This document shows, one piece after another, positions 1-10,371 of a DNA stretch of 64,000 nucleotides; the first letter of the stretch is position 1; the number at the start of each line of letters is the position of its first letter. The translations under genes were made by a program, and so were the position numbers. Below the pieces are notes generated by a model. It saw only the letters and a list, made by a program, of their open reading frames with translations, ran no database searches and had not been told where the DNA came from. The stretch comes from Spirochaetia bacterium (GTDB lineage: Bacteria; Spirochaetota; Spirochaetia; SZUA-6; Bin103): NCBI GenBank assembly GCA_965208575.1, contig CBDBOV010000004.1, positions 384,001 through 448,000 of the forward strand. The letters are read 5' to 3'.

Positions 1-295
1 CCCTATCTACTGCCCAGTCTCCTATAACTAGCTTCTCTATAACGCCAGAGACGAACAAACTGGCGTTGCCACTAATGAACCAGGCGTCGGCAATCTCAAA
101 CTCCTTAGTAGTGGGGAAGGTCAATGTCCCGCCGTACTCTGGCGCGACCACTACCTCCCCGGTGCTGGGGTCGGTCACATACCTCTTGTCGGCGGCGGCT
201 GCCGGTGCCTCTTCCGTGCCAGCGGCCCACAGGCCGGTTGCGGTCAGGGCGAATCCAATCAGGATCGCCAGGCTCTTTCTTACCATACTGCTCAT
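1..295 (-). CDS. ABC transporter solute-binding protein, family 5 (N-terminal part; runs off window start)
   Basis: Not in ORF track. Minus frame from ATG 295 (RBS AAGGAG) reads MSSMVRKSLAILIGFALTATGLWAAGTEEAPAAAADKRYVTDPSTGEVVVAPEYGGTLTF..., a clear paralogue of the SBPs at 12213 and 42492. Confidence 0.9.
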   Translation of the reverse strand, partial: MSSMVRKSLAILIGFALTATGLWAAGTEEAPAAAADKRYVTDPSTGEVVVAPEYGGTLTFPTTKEFEIADAWFISGNASLFVSGVIEKLVIGDWAVDR

Positions 296-626
296 GGTTT
301 ATCTCCTTGGAGAAAGCCAGTTGAGAGCACTGACTCCACTGCCGGCCCCTCGCAACGCTCGCGACGGTCGCAAGCGAGCGCACTCTCGTCGAACGAGGGC
401 GACACCCTGTAGCGGCCGCAGCCGCTCGGTCTCTCGTGAGTCTCTTATCGCGTGCCTCCTTTGGCGCGCGCCGCGCCGAAAGGCAGCCATGCGCGCCGTC
501 CAGCCAAGAGCCACCGTAATCCATGCGCGGCGAGCTGTCAAACTCTCTTTCTCGGGCTGGTCAGGCTGGAGCACGGCGGGCGGATCGGGTGGCAACCGTC
601 ACCCGGCGCGGGTAGTATGGGCGGTA

Positions 627-2189
627 GTGAAGCGCAGACTGCCGCTCGGCATCCAGACCCTCCGCGAGATTCGTGAGCGGAACTGCTACTACGTGGACAA
701 GACCGGCTACCTCGACCGGCTGCTCGACGAGGGCAAGCACTGGTTCCTGTCGCGACCGCGGCGGTTCGGCAAGAGTCTGTTCCTGGACACCGTGAAGGAG
801 TTCTTCGAGGGCAACGAGGAGCTGTTTCGGGGGCTGTACATTCACGGGCGCCGGGACTGCTCGCAGCGCCACCCGGTGGTGCGGTTGAGCTTCGCCGGCG
901 GCAACTTTGCCAACCCGGGTTACCTGCCCAAGAACGTGATCGCCCAACTGGACGGAATCGAGCGCCAACGGTCGATCCGCGGGCGCTTTGACACGGCGGC
1001 GGACCGCCTGCGGGACCTGCTGGAAACCCTGCACCGGGAGACCGGACAGCGGGTGGCGGTGCTGGTGGACGAGTACGACAAGCCGATCCTGGACGCGCTG
1101 GAGAAGCCGGAGCTGGCGCGCGCCAACCGTGACGAGCTGAGCGGCGTGTACGGGGTGATCAAGGACGCCGACGCCCACGTGTGCTTCACGTTCCTGACCG
1201 GGGTCAGCAAGTTCTCGAAGGTCAACCTCTTTTCGGGACTCAACAACCTCACCGACCTCACCCTCGATCCGCGCTACGCGGCGATCTGCGGCTATACCGA
1301 CGAGGATCTGGATCGGGTGTTCGCTGCGGAACTCCCCGGGCTCGACCGCGAGCAGATCCGCGACTGGTACAACGGCTACCACTGGCGCGGCAGCGAGCGG
1401 GTGTACAATCCCTACGACGTGCTGCGGCTGTTTCACAGCCGCGAGTTCGACGCCCACTGGTTCGAGACCGGTTCGCCGGCGTTCCTGGTGAAGACGCTGT
1501 TCGAGCGCCGCGTCACGTCGGTGTCACTGGGGGAGACGGTGAGTACCGCGGAGTTACTGTCGGCGTTCGACGTCGGCGGCCGCTCCGCCGCCGAGCACAT
1601 CGGCACCGAGGCGTTGTTGTTCCAGACCGGCTACCTGACCATCGACAGCGAGGAGCGGCGCGCCGGCAGGACGATGTATCGCCTCGGCTACCCCAATCGC
1701 GAGGTGCGCCAGAGCCTGAACGACCATTTGCTGCGCCACCTGGTGCGGGATTCCAGCCGCCAGACCGCCAACAGCATCCGCCTCTACGACCTGCTGGAGG
1801 CGAACGACTTCGACGGCATGCAGGCGCTGTTCCAGGCATTTTTCTCCAGTATTCCGTACCAATGGTACACGAACAACGACATCGCGCAGTACGAGGGCTA
1901 CTACGCGAGCGTGTTTTTCTGCTACTTCGCGGCCCTGGGATATGAGATCACCGTGGAAGACTCCAGCAGTCACGGGCGGCTGGACATGGCGGTGCGGGCC
2001 GGCGGCCAGGTGTACCTGTTCGAATTCAAGGTCGTGGAGATGGAACCGGAGGGCAGTGCGCTGGCGCAGCTTCAGAGCCGGGACTACGCGGCCAAGTACC
2101 GCCACCTGGGCGAGCCGATCCACCTGGTGGGGGTGGAGTTCAGCCGCGCCACCCGCAACGTGACCGCGTTCGCGGTGGCGCCGGGCTGA
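627..2189 (+). CDS. AAA-ATPase-like protein with C-terminal PD-(D/E)XK nuclease domain
   Basis: LPLGIQT...YYVDKT, Walker A SRPRRFGKS, Walker B LVDEYDKP, C-terminal GRLD...FEFK...QLQSRDYAAKY. Start moved to GTG 627. Confidence 0.92.
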   Translation: MKRRLPLGIQTLREIRERNCYYVDKTGYLDRLLDEGKHWFLSRPRRFGKSLFLDTVKEFFEGNEELFRGLYIHGRRDCSQRHPVVRLSFAGGNFANPGYLPKNVIAQLDGIERQRSIRGRFDTAADRLRDLLETLHRETGQRVAVLVDEYDKPILDALEKPELARANRDELSGVYGVIKDADAHVCFTFLTGVSKFSKVNLFSGLNNLTDLTLDPRYAAICGYTDEDLDRVFAAELPGLDREQIRDWYNGYHWRGSERVYNPYDVLRLFHSREFDAHWFETGSPAFLVKTLFERRVTSVSLGETVSTAELLSAFDVGGRSAAEHIGTEALLFQTGYLTIDSEERRAGRTMYRLGYPNREVRQSLNDHLLRHLVRDSSRQTANSIRLYDLLEANDFDGMQALFQAFFSSIPYQWYTNNDIAQYEGYYASVFFCYFAALGYEITVEDSSSHGRLDMAVRAGGQVYLFEFKVVEMEPEGSALAQLQSRDYAAKYRHLGEPIHLVGVEFSRATRNVTAFAVAPG

Positions 2190-2445
2190 CCAAGCTATAC
2201 CGGCGTGGCATCTGAAGTCGGCGTGTCGTCCGAGGGGTCCACGTCGTCCGTGAGCCGATGCCTGGTGATTCCCCCGTCCGGGAACCGCTCGTCAAGGGTG
2301 CACACAGGCCGTCCGGAGGCACCGTTCCGGCCGCTGGCAACGGTGAAGCTCGCGGACGATTGACGACCGCGCCGAACGCCCCTACCGTGGTTGATCGACG
2401 GGCCCAGGTGAGCGGTGGACGCACACGCGACGGGCAGGAGGGAGA

Positions 2446-3234
2446 ATGGCCAGGAAACTGGAAGGCAAGGTCGCCGTCGTTACCGGCGGCAACAGCGGCA
2501 TCGGCGAAGCAACCGGCAAGGCGTTGGCCCTGGCGGGTGCCAAGGTGGCGCTGCTGGCCAGACGGCAGGACAAGGGCCAGGCCGTACAGGACGAGATTCG
2601 GGACGCGGGAGGCGACGCCACCTTCATCGGCTGTGATGTCAGCGACAACGAAGCCGTCGAGGCGGCAATCGCGCAAGCCGTCGAGACCTACGGAGCGATA
2701 CGTATCCTCGTCAACAACGCCGGCGGCGGTGGGTTTGGCGGCAAGGCCGGGGAACCGATGCGGTTGGAGGACGACGAGACGTGGAACCGCGTCATCTCCG
2801 TCAACCTGACCGGCCCGTTCTACGTAACCCGGGCCGTCTGGCCGCACATGGCAGCCGCCGGCGGCGGCGTTATCACCAATATCTCATCCGGCGCCGCCGG
2901 GGCGGGCTTCACCCAGAAGATGCTGGAGATACGCGGCGGCTTTGACGTCTCCAGCTACTACGCCGCCAAGGCGGGGCTCGAAGGCTTTACGCGCGTCACC
3001 GCGAGCATGGGCGCGCCGGAGAACATCAGGGTCAACGCCATCCGGCCGCGCCTGATAGTGGACAAGAAAGGCCACCACTGGCTCGAACACGTCCGCGAGT
3101 ACACCCAGATTCTGGACGGCAAGGTGGAGGCGGAAGACATCGCCAACACCGTGCTGTTCCTCAGCTCCGACGATGCTCGCTACATCAACGCCGCGACGCT
3201 GGAGGTCGGCGGCGGTACTGTCGCCAACGTCTAA
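2446..3234 (+). CDS. Short-chain dehydrogenase/reductase
   Basis: TGGNSGIG, NNAG, YYAAK; RBS GGAG(G). Confidence 0.93.
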   Translation: MARKLEGKVAVVTGGNSGIGEATGKALALAGAKVALLARRQDKGQAVQDEIRDAGGDATFIGCDVSDNEAVEAAIAQAVETYGAIRILVNNAGGGGFGGKAGEPMRLEDDETWNRVISVNLTGPFYVTRAVWPHMAAAGGGVITNISSGAAGAGFTQKMLEIRGGFDVSSYYAAKAGLEGFTRVTASMGAPENIRVNAIRPRLIVDKKGHHWLEHVREYTQILDGKVEAEDIANTVLFLSSDDARYINAATLEVGGGTVANV

Positions 3235-3250
3235 CGCGAAGGATGCGACC

Positions 3251-3279
3251 TTGACCGCCAATGGGCCGGGTCGTATAGT
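3251..3279 (+). promoter_or_regulatory. Sigma70-type promoter, probably leaderless transcript
   Basis: TTGACC-N17-TATAGT, 6 nt before ATG 3286; no SD. Confidence 0.65.
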
Positions 3280-3285
3280 CCGCCG

Positions 3286-4353
3286 ATGCATCGATTCACG
3301 GCGAGTCATCTGCACTCGATCACGCGGCGGGCTTTCCGTGCCGCGGGAGCCGCGCGCGCCATCGCGGACGAGGTGGCCGGGATTCTGGTCGGCGCCAACC
3401 TCGCCGGTCACGACTCCCACGGGGTGCTGCGTATTCCGGAATACGTGCGGCAGGCGCAACGCGGCAACCTGAAGATGGATGCCGAACCGGCGATCCTGGC
3501 GGAGACCGCCACCACCCTGCTGATCGACGGCAACGACGGCTTCGGCCACTACACGGCGCGCCGTGCCATGGCGCTGGCCATCGACAAGGCGCGCGGCGCG
3601 GCGGTCTGCTGCGCGAGCCTGGTGCGCACCGGACACATCGGCCGGTTGGGCGAGTACGCGGAGCAGGCAGCGCGGGCCGGCTGCATCGGCATCGTTACGG
3701 TCGGCTGGGGCCAGACCGGGGTCGGCAGCACCACGCCGTACGGCGGCGCGCGCGGCGCATTCGGCACCAACCCGATCGCGTTCGGGGTTCCGACCGGCGA
3801 CGAGGTGCCGTTCATTGTCGACTATGCCACCAGCATGGTGGCCGAAGGGAAGCTGCGCGTCGCCCGCAGCAAGGGAGAGGACCTGCCGGAGGGCTACATC
3901 GTCGACCGCAACGGTGTCCCGAGCGTCAAGCCGGAGGATTTCTACGACGGCGGCTTCCTGCTGCCGTTCGGCAACCACAAGGGCTACGCGCTGGCGATGC
4001 TGACCTGCCTGCTTGGCGGGTTGTCGGGCCGCTTCGACGTCGAGCAGGGCACCATGGGCGGGGCGTACCTGCAGGTGATCGACGTAGCCGCACTCACACC
4101 CCTGGAGACGTATCAGCAGGGGGTTCGGGCGTTCCTGGACGGCATCAGGGGGACGCCGCCGGCGCCCGGATTCGACGCGGTGCTGGTGCCGGGTGACTTC
4201 GAGCACCGCTCGCGCGCACAGCGTCTTGCGCACGGGGTCGAGGTGCCGGAGGCGATCTACCGGCAGATCGAGGAATGCGCCGCGAAGCTCGGCGTGGCGC
4301 TGGGAGAGGACGCGGTGGCAGCGTCCGACATGGTGCGCTACGCAACCGAGTAG
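3286..4353 (+). CDS. Ldh_2 (type 2 malate/L-lactate dehydrogenase family) oxidoreductase
   Basis: GHDSHG, GHIGRLGEY, GTNPIAFG, HKGYAL motifs. Confidence 0.93.
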   Translation: MHRFTASHLHSITRRAFRAAGAARAIADEVAGILVGANLAGHDSHGVLRIPEYVRQAQRGNLKMDAEPAILAETATTLLIDGNDGFGHYTARRAMALAIDKARGAAVCCASLVRTGHIGRLGEYAEQAARAGCIGIVTVGWGQTGVGSTTPYGGARGAFGTNPIAFGVPTGDEVPFIVDYATSMVAEGKLRVARSKGEDLPEGYIVDRNGVPSVKPEDFYDGGFLLPFGNHKGYALAMLTCLLGGLSGRFDVEQGTMGGAYLQVIDVAALTPLETYQQGVRAFLDGIRGTPPAPGFDAVLVPGDFEHRSRAQRLAHGVEVPEAIYRQIEECAAKLGVALGEDAVAASDMVRYATE

Positions 4354-4418
4354 ACGCCGAGCATGCTTCCCCACGCCAGAGGGCCGCGCACCTCGGGTCC
4401 CCATCCCAGCGACACCAA

Positions 4419-6071
4419 ATGAGTTTCTGGACGCCGCACGGCATCGGCCATCCGGCCTACCGGCCGTCGGTGGCGGGCCTCAATGGCATGGTGGCATCCG
4501 GTCACTCGCTCGCCTCGCAGGCGGGGGTGCACATCATGCAGGCGGGCGGCAACGCGATCGATGCGGCGATTGCCGCGGCGGCGGCGGTGGGCGTAGTGGA
4601 GCCGGCGATGTCGGGCGTCGGCGGCGACGGCTTCATCCTGATCTTTGACGCCGCGACCGGGCGGCCGTACGGCGTCAACGCCACCGGGCCGGCGCCGGCA
4701 CGCGCGACGCGCGAGCGCTACCTGGAGCGCGGCGGCATTCCGTTGCACGGCATGCTGAGCGTGTCGGTGCCGGGCCTGGTCGACGGCTGGCTGCTGGCGC
4801 AGCGCCGGTTCGGCAAGCTGGACCTGGCTCAGGTGCTCGCCCCGGCGGTCGAGCTGTGCGAGCGCGGCTTCCCGGTGAGCCACAAGCTGGCCGCCGCCCT
4901 GGCGGCCGAGCACGGGCCGCTGGCGGCGGACGCCGCGGCCGGGGCGGTGTTCGCACCACGCGGGCGTCCGCTGCGCGCGGGCGAGATCCTGGTGCAGCGC
5001 GACCTGGGCACCACGCTGCGCCGGATCGGCGAGCAGGGCCGGGCGGCGTTCTACGAGGGCGAGATTGCGCGCCGCATCGGGGAAGCCAGCCGCGCACACG
5101 GCGGCGTGCTGGACGAGGACGACCTGGGCGCCTACCACGCCCGCTGGGACGAGCCCATCCACGTGGACTACCACGGCCACCGGGTGTACGAGATGCCGCC
5201 CAACTCCAGCGGCCACGTCCTGCTGCAGGCGCTCAACCTGGTGGAGCGGTTCGACCTCGCCGGCATGGGCTGCCTGTCGGCCGACGGCATTCACGTCATG
5301 GTGGAGGCGATCCGGCTCGCTTTCGCCGACCGTGAGCGGTACGTGGCCGATCCCGACTGGATCGACGTGCCGCTCGACCGCCTGCTGGGAAAGGACTACG
5401 CCCGGCAACGGGCAGCCTTGATCGACCCGGCGCGTACTACTCCCGGCGTCGGTCCCGGCGCGCTGCCCGGCGCGGATCAGGCGGGCGATACCACCTGCCT
5501 GTGCGCGGCCGACGGCGCCGGCAACGCGGTGTGCCTGCTGCAGAGCATCCAGACCGCGTTCGGCTCCTGCGTGGTCGCCGGCGGCACCGGCGTTCTGCTC
5601 AACAACCGTATGACCTACTGGCACCTCGAGGCCGATCACCCGAACGTGCTCGCTCCCGGCAAGCGGGTGCGCCACACCATGAACCCGGTCATCGCCACGC
5701 GCGCCGGCCGCCCGGTGATCGTGTGCGGCACGCCGGGGGCGGACACGCAGGTGCAGACCAACCTGCAACTGCTCGCCGGCGCCATCCACTTCGGCATGAC
5801 CCCGCAGGAGGCGGTCGAGGCGCCGCGCTGGCGCAGCCTGCAGAACCCGATGGAGTCCACCCTCCCCCACACCTGTGAGGACCGGCTGGACATGGAAACC
5901 CGCTTCCCGCCGGCGGTGCGGGCAGCCCTGGAGAGCAAGGGCCACCGTGTCCATACCATCGGCCCCTGGGGCGGCCCCGGCAACGCCCAGTTCATCGGCA
6001 TCGACGCCACCACCGGCGTGCTGCAAGGCGGCTCCGACCCGCGCCGGGACGGCTACGCCATCGGCTTCTGA
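4419..6071 (+). CDS. ggt: Gamma-glutamyltransferase family protein
   Basis: GGNAIDAAIA, SGVGGDGF, PPNSSG, GD/TT autoprocessing site, GSDPRRDG terminus. Confidence 0.92.
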   Translation: MSFWTPHGIGHPAYRPSVAGLNGMVASGHSLASQAGVHIMQAGGNAIDAAIAAAAAVGVVEPAMSGVGGDGFILIFDAATGRPYGVNATGPAPARATRERYLERGGIPLHGMLSVSVPGLVDGWLLAQRRFGKLDLAQVLAPAVELCERGFPVSHKLAAALAAEHGPLAADAAAGAVFAPRGRPLRAGEILVQRDLGTTLRRIGEQGRAAFYEGEIARRIGEASRAHGGVLDEDDLGAYHARWDEPIHVDYHGHRVYEMPPNSSGHVLLQALNLVERFDLAGMGCLSADGIHVMVEAIRLAFADRERYVADPDWIDVPLDRLLGKDYARQRAALIDPARTTPGVGPGALPGADQAGDTTCLCAADGAGNAVCLLQSIQTAFGSCVVAGGTGVLLNNRMTYWHLEADHPNVLAPGKRVRHTMNPVIATRAGRPVIVCGTPGADTQVQTNLQLLAGAIHFGMTPQEAVEAPRWRSLQNPMESTLPHTCEDRLDMETRFPPAVRAALESKGHRVHTIGPWGGPGNAQFIGIDATTGVLQGGSDPRRDGYAIGF

Positions 6072-6160
6072 TGCAGGTCGAACGCGCCATGCGATCGGTC
6101 CCAGGCGGTCAGCGCGACTGATCTTGCGTCATGAACCATTATGCGGATAGTCTATGAACC

Positions 6161-6415
6161 GTGAAGTCAATCACAGTTCATAAACTGGACGACGCCTTGG
6201 CCCGGGAGCTGGAACTGAAGGCTCGGCGCGAAGGCGTGTCGATCAACCGGCTGGTCAAAGGACTGCTGCGAGCATCGCTCGGCCTCGAGAAACCCGCCGC
6301 CATCGACAGGCGGGCCGACTTCGAGGATCTGTTCGGCGGCTGGTCCGAGGAAGAGGAGCATCGGTTCAAGCGCCGGTTGGCGGATCTCGAACGCATAGCG
6401 CCCGACGAGTGGTAG
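6161..6415 (+). CDS. Ribbon-helix-helix antitoxin (FitA/VapB-like)
   Basis: 84 aa, MKSITVHKLDD...ARREGVSINRLV, directly upstream of a PIN gene; TTGCGT-N18-TAGTCT promoter. Confidence 0.85.
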   Translation: MKSITVHKLDDALARELELKARREGVSINRLVKGLLRASLGLEKPAAIDRRADFEDLFGGWSEEEEHRFKRRLADLERIAPDEW

Positions 6416-6422
6416 TTGGTCC

Positions 6423-6824
6423 GTGAGGTGGATCCTGCTCGATACCAACGCGTACAGTGCGTACCGACGCGGCAACTCGGATGTGCTGGATGCGCTTGGC
6501 AGGGCCGAAAGGGTGTTCATGTCGGTGTTTGTTCTGGGCGAACTCCTGTACGGCTTCCGCGGTGGCAATCGATATGTCCAGAACCGGCGTGAACTCGGTG
6601 CTTTTCTCGACAAGCCATCGGTGTTCGTGGCCACGGCTACCGACGAAACGTCCGAGCAATTCGCGGTAACCAAGGAGGCCCTCCGCCAAGCCGGCACGCC
6701 GCTACCCATGAACGACGTGTGGATCGCCTCGCATTGCCTTCAGTTGGGCGCCACCATGGTCACGCTCGACGGACACTTCGGCAACGTCCCGGGACTACGC
6801 GTCTGGCCGCCGGCCGGCGCATGA
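6423..6824 (+). CDS. vapC: VapC-family PIN-domain toxin
   Basis: ILLDTNAY, GELLYGF, PMNDVWIA, TLDGHF acidic PIN motifs. Confidence 0.92.
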   Translation: MRWILLDTNAYSAYRRGNSDVLDALGRAERVFMSVFVLGELLYGFRGGNRYVQNRRELGAFLDKPSVFVATATDETSEQFAVTKEALRQAGTPLPMNDVWIASHCLQLGATMVTLDGHFGNVPGLRVWPPAGA

Positions 6825-6858
6825 GAAACAGCACACTGGGGAGTGACCGTACAGACTC

Positions 6859-8301
6859 TCAGCGCAATGGGTGCGGGCGCGTCGGCGGATCGACGTCGGC
6901 CGGAATCGGACACACGTAGGGGGTGCCGTTGGCGGCCGCCGCCAACTCGGCCTGTGCGTTGCGCAAGTGCTCGGGATCCAGGTACAGGTCGAGCGCCGCC
7001 ACCGCCATCACCTTGGCGGAGTGCATCATGCCCTTGTGACCGATTGAGGTAGCCCCGGTGGCCACGATGCCCCAACTGTGGCCGGGGGCTTGGGTGGCCC
7101 AGCAGGCGGTGCGCAGCATGCTCAGCGGCGTGATCCAGCTCACGTCGCCCACGTCGGTAGAGCCGGTGCCCACCCAGTCCGCGTCCCACGCCGGGAAGTT
7201 GTCGCCGATCAGCGGTTCGTGCGCCAGCCGTTGCAGCCGCGGACGCTCCTCCGGCGGCGTCTGCCAGCCGGCGAACATCTCGTCGGCGCCCCGCGCCCGG
7301 AACGCCGCGTTGACCGTCGCCGCGTACGCCTTCTCCTCGGCGGTGAACTCGATCGGACCGACCAGTTGCATCGCCTCGTACTGCAGATCCGCCAGGTGAG
7401 CGTTGTTGAGCACCCGCGAGCAGGCGCCGCGCACCCGCATCTGCACGGTGGTGTCGGTCATCAGCGCCGCGCCGCGGGCGCAGTTGCGGACCCGCTCGGA
7501 CACCTCCTCGATCTCGGCCCGTTCCAGGGCGCGCACGAAGTACCACACCTCGGCGGTGTCCGGGACCACGTTGGGCAGCTTGCCGCCGTCGGTGATCACG
7601 TAGTGGATGCGCACCTTGTCGGTGACGTGCTCGCGCAGGAAGTTGACGCCGACGTTCATCAACTCCACGGCGTCCAGGGCCGAGCGCCCCTCGTGCGGCG
7701 CGCCGCCGGCGTGCGCGGTGCGGCCGTGGAAACGGAACACCAGGTCGTTGACGCCGACGCAGGTACCCTTGGACGGTGCGTTGACATTGGCCGGGTGGAA
7801 GTTGAACGCCGCATCCAGGTCGTCGAACGAGCCGGTGCGGGCCATGAACGCCTTGCCGCTGATCTGCTCCTCGGCCGGACAGCCGTAGTAGCGCACGGTG
7901 CCGGCGGTGCCGGTCTCCTGCAGCCAGCGCGCCACGGCCACCGCCGCGGCCAGGCCGCCGGTACCGAGCAGGTTGTGCCCGCAGCCGTGGCCGGGGCCGC
8001 CCTCCACCACCGGCTCCTGGGTCGGCTGGCGCTTCTGTGACAGCCCAGCCAGCGCGTCGTATTCGCCCAGGTAGCCGATGATCGGGGCGCCGGAACCTGC
8101 CTCGGCGCAGAACGCGGTGGTGATGCCGCCCAGGTCCCAGGTCACGGCAAACCCCTCGGCGGCCAGGAAGTCCGCCTGCAGCTTGGAAGAGGCGAACTCT
8201 TCCCAGGCCACTTCCGGGTTGGCCCACAACGTGTCGGCCATATCCGTAAACCGCCCCCGGTTCCGGTCGAGCCACTCGATGACATCCTGTTTACTGTGCA
8301 T
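6859..8301 (-). CDS. M20 amidohydrolase (AbgB-like)
   Basis: GEYDAL, GHGCGHNLLG, GCPAEE, GSTDVGDVSW. Confidence 0.92.
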   Translation of the reverse strand: MHSKQDVIEWLDRNRGRFTDMADTLWANPEVAWEEFASSKLQADFLAAEGFAVTWDLGGITTAFCAEAGSGAPIIGYLGEYDALAGLSQKRQPTQEPVVEGGPGHGCGHNLLGTGGLAAAVAVARWLQETGTAGTVRYYGCPAEEQISGKAFMARTGSFDDLDAAFNFHPANVNAPSKGTCVGVNDLVFRFHGRTAHAGGAPHEGRSALDAVELMNVGVNFLREHVTDKVRIHYVITDGGKLPNVVPDTAEVWYFVRALERAEIEEVSERVRNCARGAALMTDTTVQMRVRGACSRVLNNAHLADLQYEAMQLVGPIEFTAEEKAYAATVNAAFRARGADEMFAGWQTPPEERPRLQRLAHEPLIGDNFPAWDADWVGTGSTDVGDVSWITPLSMLRTACWATQAPGHSWGIVATGATSIGHKGMMHSAKVMAVAALDLYLDPEHLRNAQAELAAAANGTPYVCPIPADVDPPTRPHPLR

Positions 8302-8322
8302 AAGCTCCTCTCCGTGCTCTAC

Positions 8323-9240
8323 CTATCGGCCCAGTCCAGCCCCACGTCCCCTGAGCCGCGGATCGAGCAGGTCGCGCACGGCGTCGCCGAACATGTTCAG
8401 GCTGTAGATGGTAACGGTCAGGCAAAGACCTGGCCAGAGGGCCAGCCACGGCGCCGCCTCCATGTATTTGCGCCCTTCCCGGCTCAGCATGCCTCCCCAG
8501 TCAGGAATTGCGGGCGGCAGACCGAAGCCCAGGTAGCCCAGCGAAGCCAGAGCCATGATAACGCCGCCTACACTGGTGCTGAATGAAATGATTATGACGG
8601 GTGTGATATTGGGCAAGACGTGGCGTAAGAATGACCTCCATTTCGACGAACCGACGGCCTCCGCCACCACAAAATAGATACTCTCCTTGATGCCGATCAC
8701 GGCGCTCCTGATTACGCGCGCGCCAGCTATACCTCCTGATATACCCAGGATCAGGATTATCTGCACGAGACCCTTCCCCACTATGGAGATGACCGTCAAC
8801 ATGAGCAGCAATCCCGGGAACGCCATCCAGGAGTCGACAAATCTCTGTACGATCAGATCCAGCTTACCACCCACGAATCCGGAAACGCCGCCTACCAGGG
8901 TACTGATGAGGACACTGAGCGTGGTCACCGTCAGACCGACAAGTACGGAAACACGAGCCCCGAATATGACACGGCTGAGAACGTCTCGTCCGGTTTGGTC
9001 GGTACCCAGTAGATATTTGGAGGACGGGCCCAAGAGCCTGTCTGCCAGGTGCATTTCCTTGTATGGATAAGGGGCTAATTCGCCCCCGAACACAGCCACC
9101 ACAATCAATAGGAGTATGACGATTCCGCTGGCCATGCCCAGTGGCTTCTGGCGGGCCAGCCTGACGAAGAAATCGGCCACGGCACTACGGCTCTTTGGCG
9201 TACCTGCCGGTGAGGATGGCGCGGTACCAGCACTACTCAT
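8323..9240 (-). CDS. Dpp/Opp-type ABC permease (C subunit)
   Basis: LGTDQTGRDVLSR, EAA-like loop, GDAVRDLLDPR. Confidence 0.93.
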   Translation of the reverse strand: MSSAGTAPSSPAGTPKSRSAVADFFVRLARQKPLGMASGIVILLLIVVAVFGGELAPYPYKEMHLADRLLGPSSKYLLGTDQTGRDVLSRVIFGARVSVLVGLTVTTLSVLISTLVGGVSGFVGGKLDLIVQRFVDSWMAFPGLLLMLTVISIVGKGLVQIILILGISGGIAGARVIRSAVIGIKESIYFVVAEAVGSSKWRSFLRHVLPNITPVIIISFSTSVGGVIMALASLGYLGFGLPPAIPDWGGMLSREGRKYMEAAPWLALWPGLCLTVTIYSLNMFGDAVRDLLDPRLRGRGAGLGR

Positions 9241-9255
9241 AGTCCGATTCCACTC

Positions 9256-10215
9256 CTATTGATAGCGGATCCTGGGGTCCAAATAGGGATACAACATGTC
9301 GATGAGGAGAATATTGAGCAGGACTACGGTGGAAAGAATCAGGTTGATTGCCGAGATTACCGGGTAATCTCGTTTATCGAGTGCGTCCAGAAACATCCGG
9401 CCGAGCCCCGGCAGAACAAATATGTCCTCCATGATGACGGAGCCGCCTATCAGGATCGGCAGATGCAGGCCGACCAGCGTCACGATCGGGATGAGAGCAT
9501 TCTTGACGGCGTGTCGGGCTACGACGACTCTCTCCTTGAGGCCCTTCGACCAGGCGGTTCGGATGTAGTCTTGCCTGAGCACCTCCAGCATCATGGTGCG
9601 CGTCATCCGCATTATGGCTGCCGACATGCCGGTGCCCAGAATCAAGCCTGGAATGAAGAACATGCCGAGATTCCCCAGTGGATTGTCCGCGAACGTAATC
9701 AACTCGACCGGTGGCGACCAGCCCCACCAGATCGCCGGGAACAGCATGATCATGATTCCCAGCCAGAAGTTAGGGGTTGCCATGCCGATTACGGCGACGG
9801 TCCGTCCTAGGTAGTCGGTGGGCGTATCCTGGCGGATCGCCGAGTAGATGCCGACCGGCAGGGCTATCACGAGCGCGATTGCGATTGCCATGGCACCGAG
9901 CTCGATGGTGACCGGCAATCTACCCGATATCCTCTCCGCTATCGACCACTGGCCGATAAGCGACTCGCCAAACGTGCCGTGCAGAAAAATACCTCTCATC
10001 CAGCGTCCATACTGCATGTAGACCGGCACGTCCAACCCCAGCGAATGCCGAAGCGCCACCTCGTCCACCTGGCCTCCGGTCTGCGGCCCCAGCGAAGTCA
10101 CGAGATAGTCCACTACATCGCCGGGTATGAAGCGGGCCGCGAGAAACACCAGGATGGTCAACATGAACAGGGCCGGGATGGTCAGCAACAACCGCCTGAT
10201 GAGATAGGCTCTCAT
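9256..10215 (-). CDS. Dpp/Opp-type ABC permease (B subunit)
   Basis: MRAYLIRRLL, QDYIRTAWSKG, LDPRIRY. Confidence 0.93.
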   Translation of the reverse strand: MRAYLIRRLLLTIPALFMLTILVFLAARFIPGDVVDYLVTSLGPQTGGQVDEVALRHSLGLDVPVYMQYGRWMRGIFLHGTFGESLIGQWSIAERISGRLPVTIELGAMAIAIALVIALPVGIYSAIRQDTPTDYLGRTVAVIGMATPNFWLGIMIMLFPAIWWGWSPPVELITFADNPLGNLGMFFIPGLILGTGMSAAIMRMTRTMMLEVLRQDYIRTAWSKGLKERVVVARHAVKNALIPIVTLVGLHLPILIGGSVIMEDIFVLPGLGRMFLDALDKRDYPVISAINLILSTVVLLNILLIDMLYPYLDPRIRYQ

Positions 10216-10371
10216 GGGACAGACCTCATTTTCTTTGCCCCGGCGAAAGCCGCAAAGGGAGCTGGGATGCGCTACGGTACGCGACCGCCTCCCAGCTCCC
10301 AGGCAGTCCGGTTGGGCCGGAAGCGCCGCCGCAGGCGGCGGCTTCGGGGCGCTAGTAGTGAGTGAAACCCA

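Noticed and set aside
2190-2360. Possible MITE or IS-end remnant (CTATACCGGCGTGGCATCTGAAG...)
   Set aside because: No matching inverted end, TSD or second copy found in the window.
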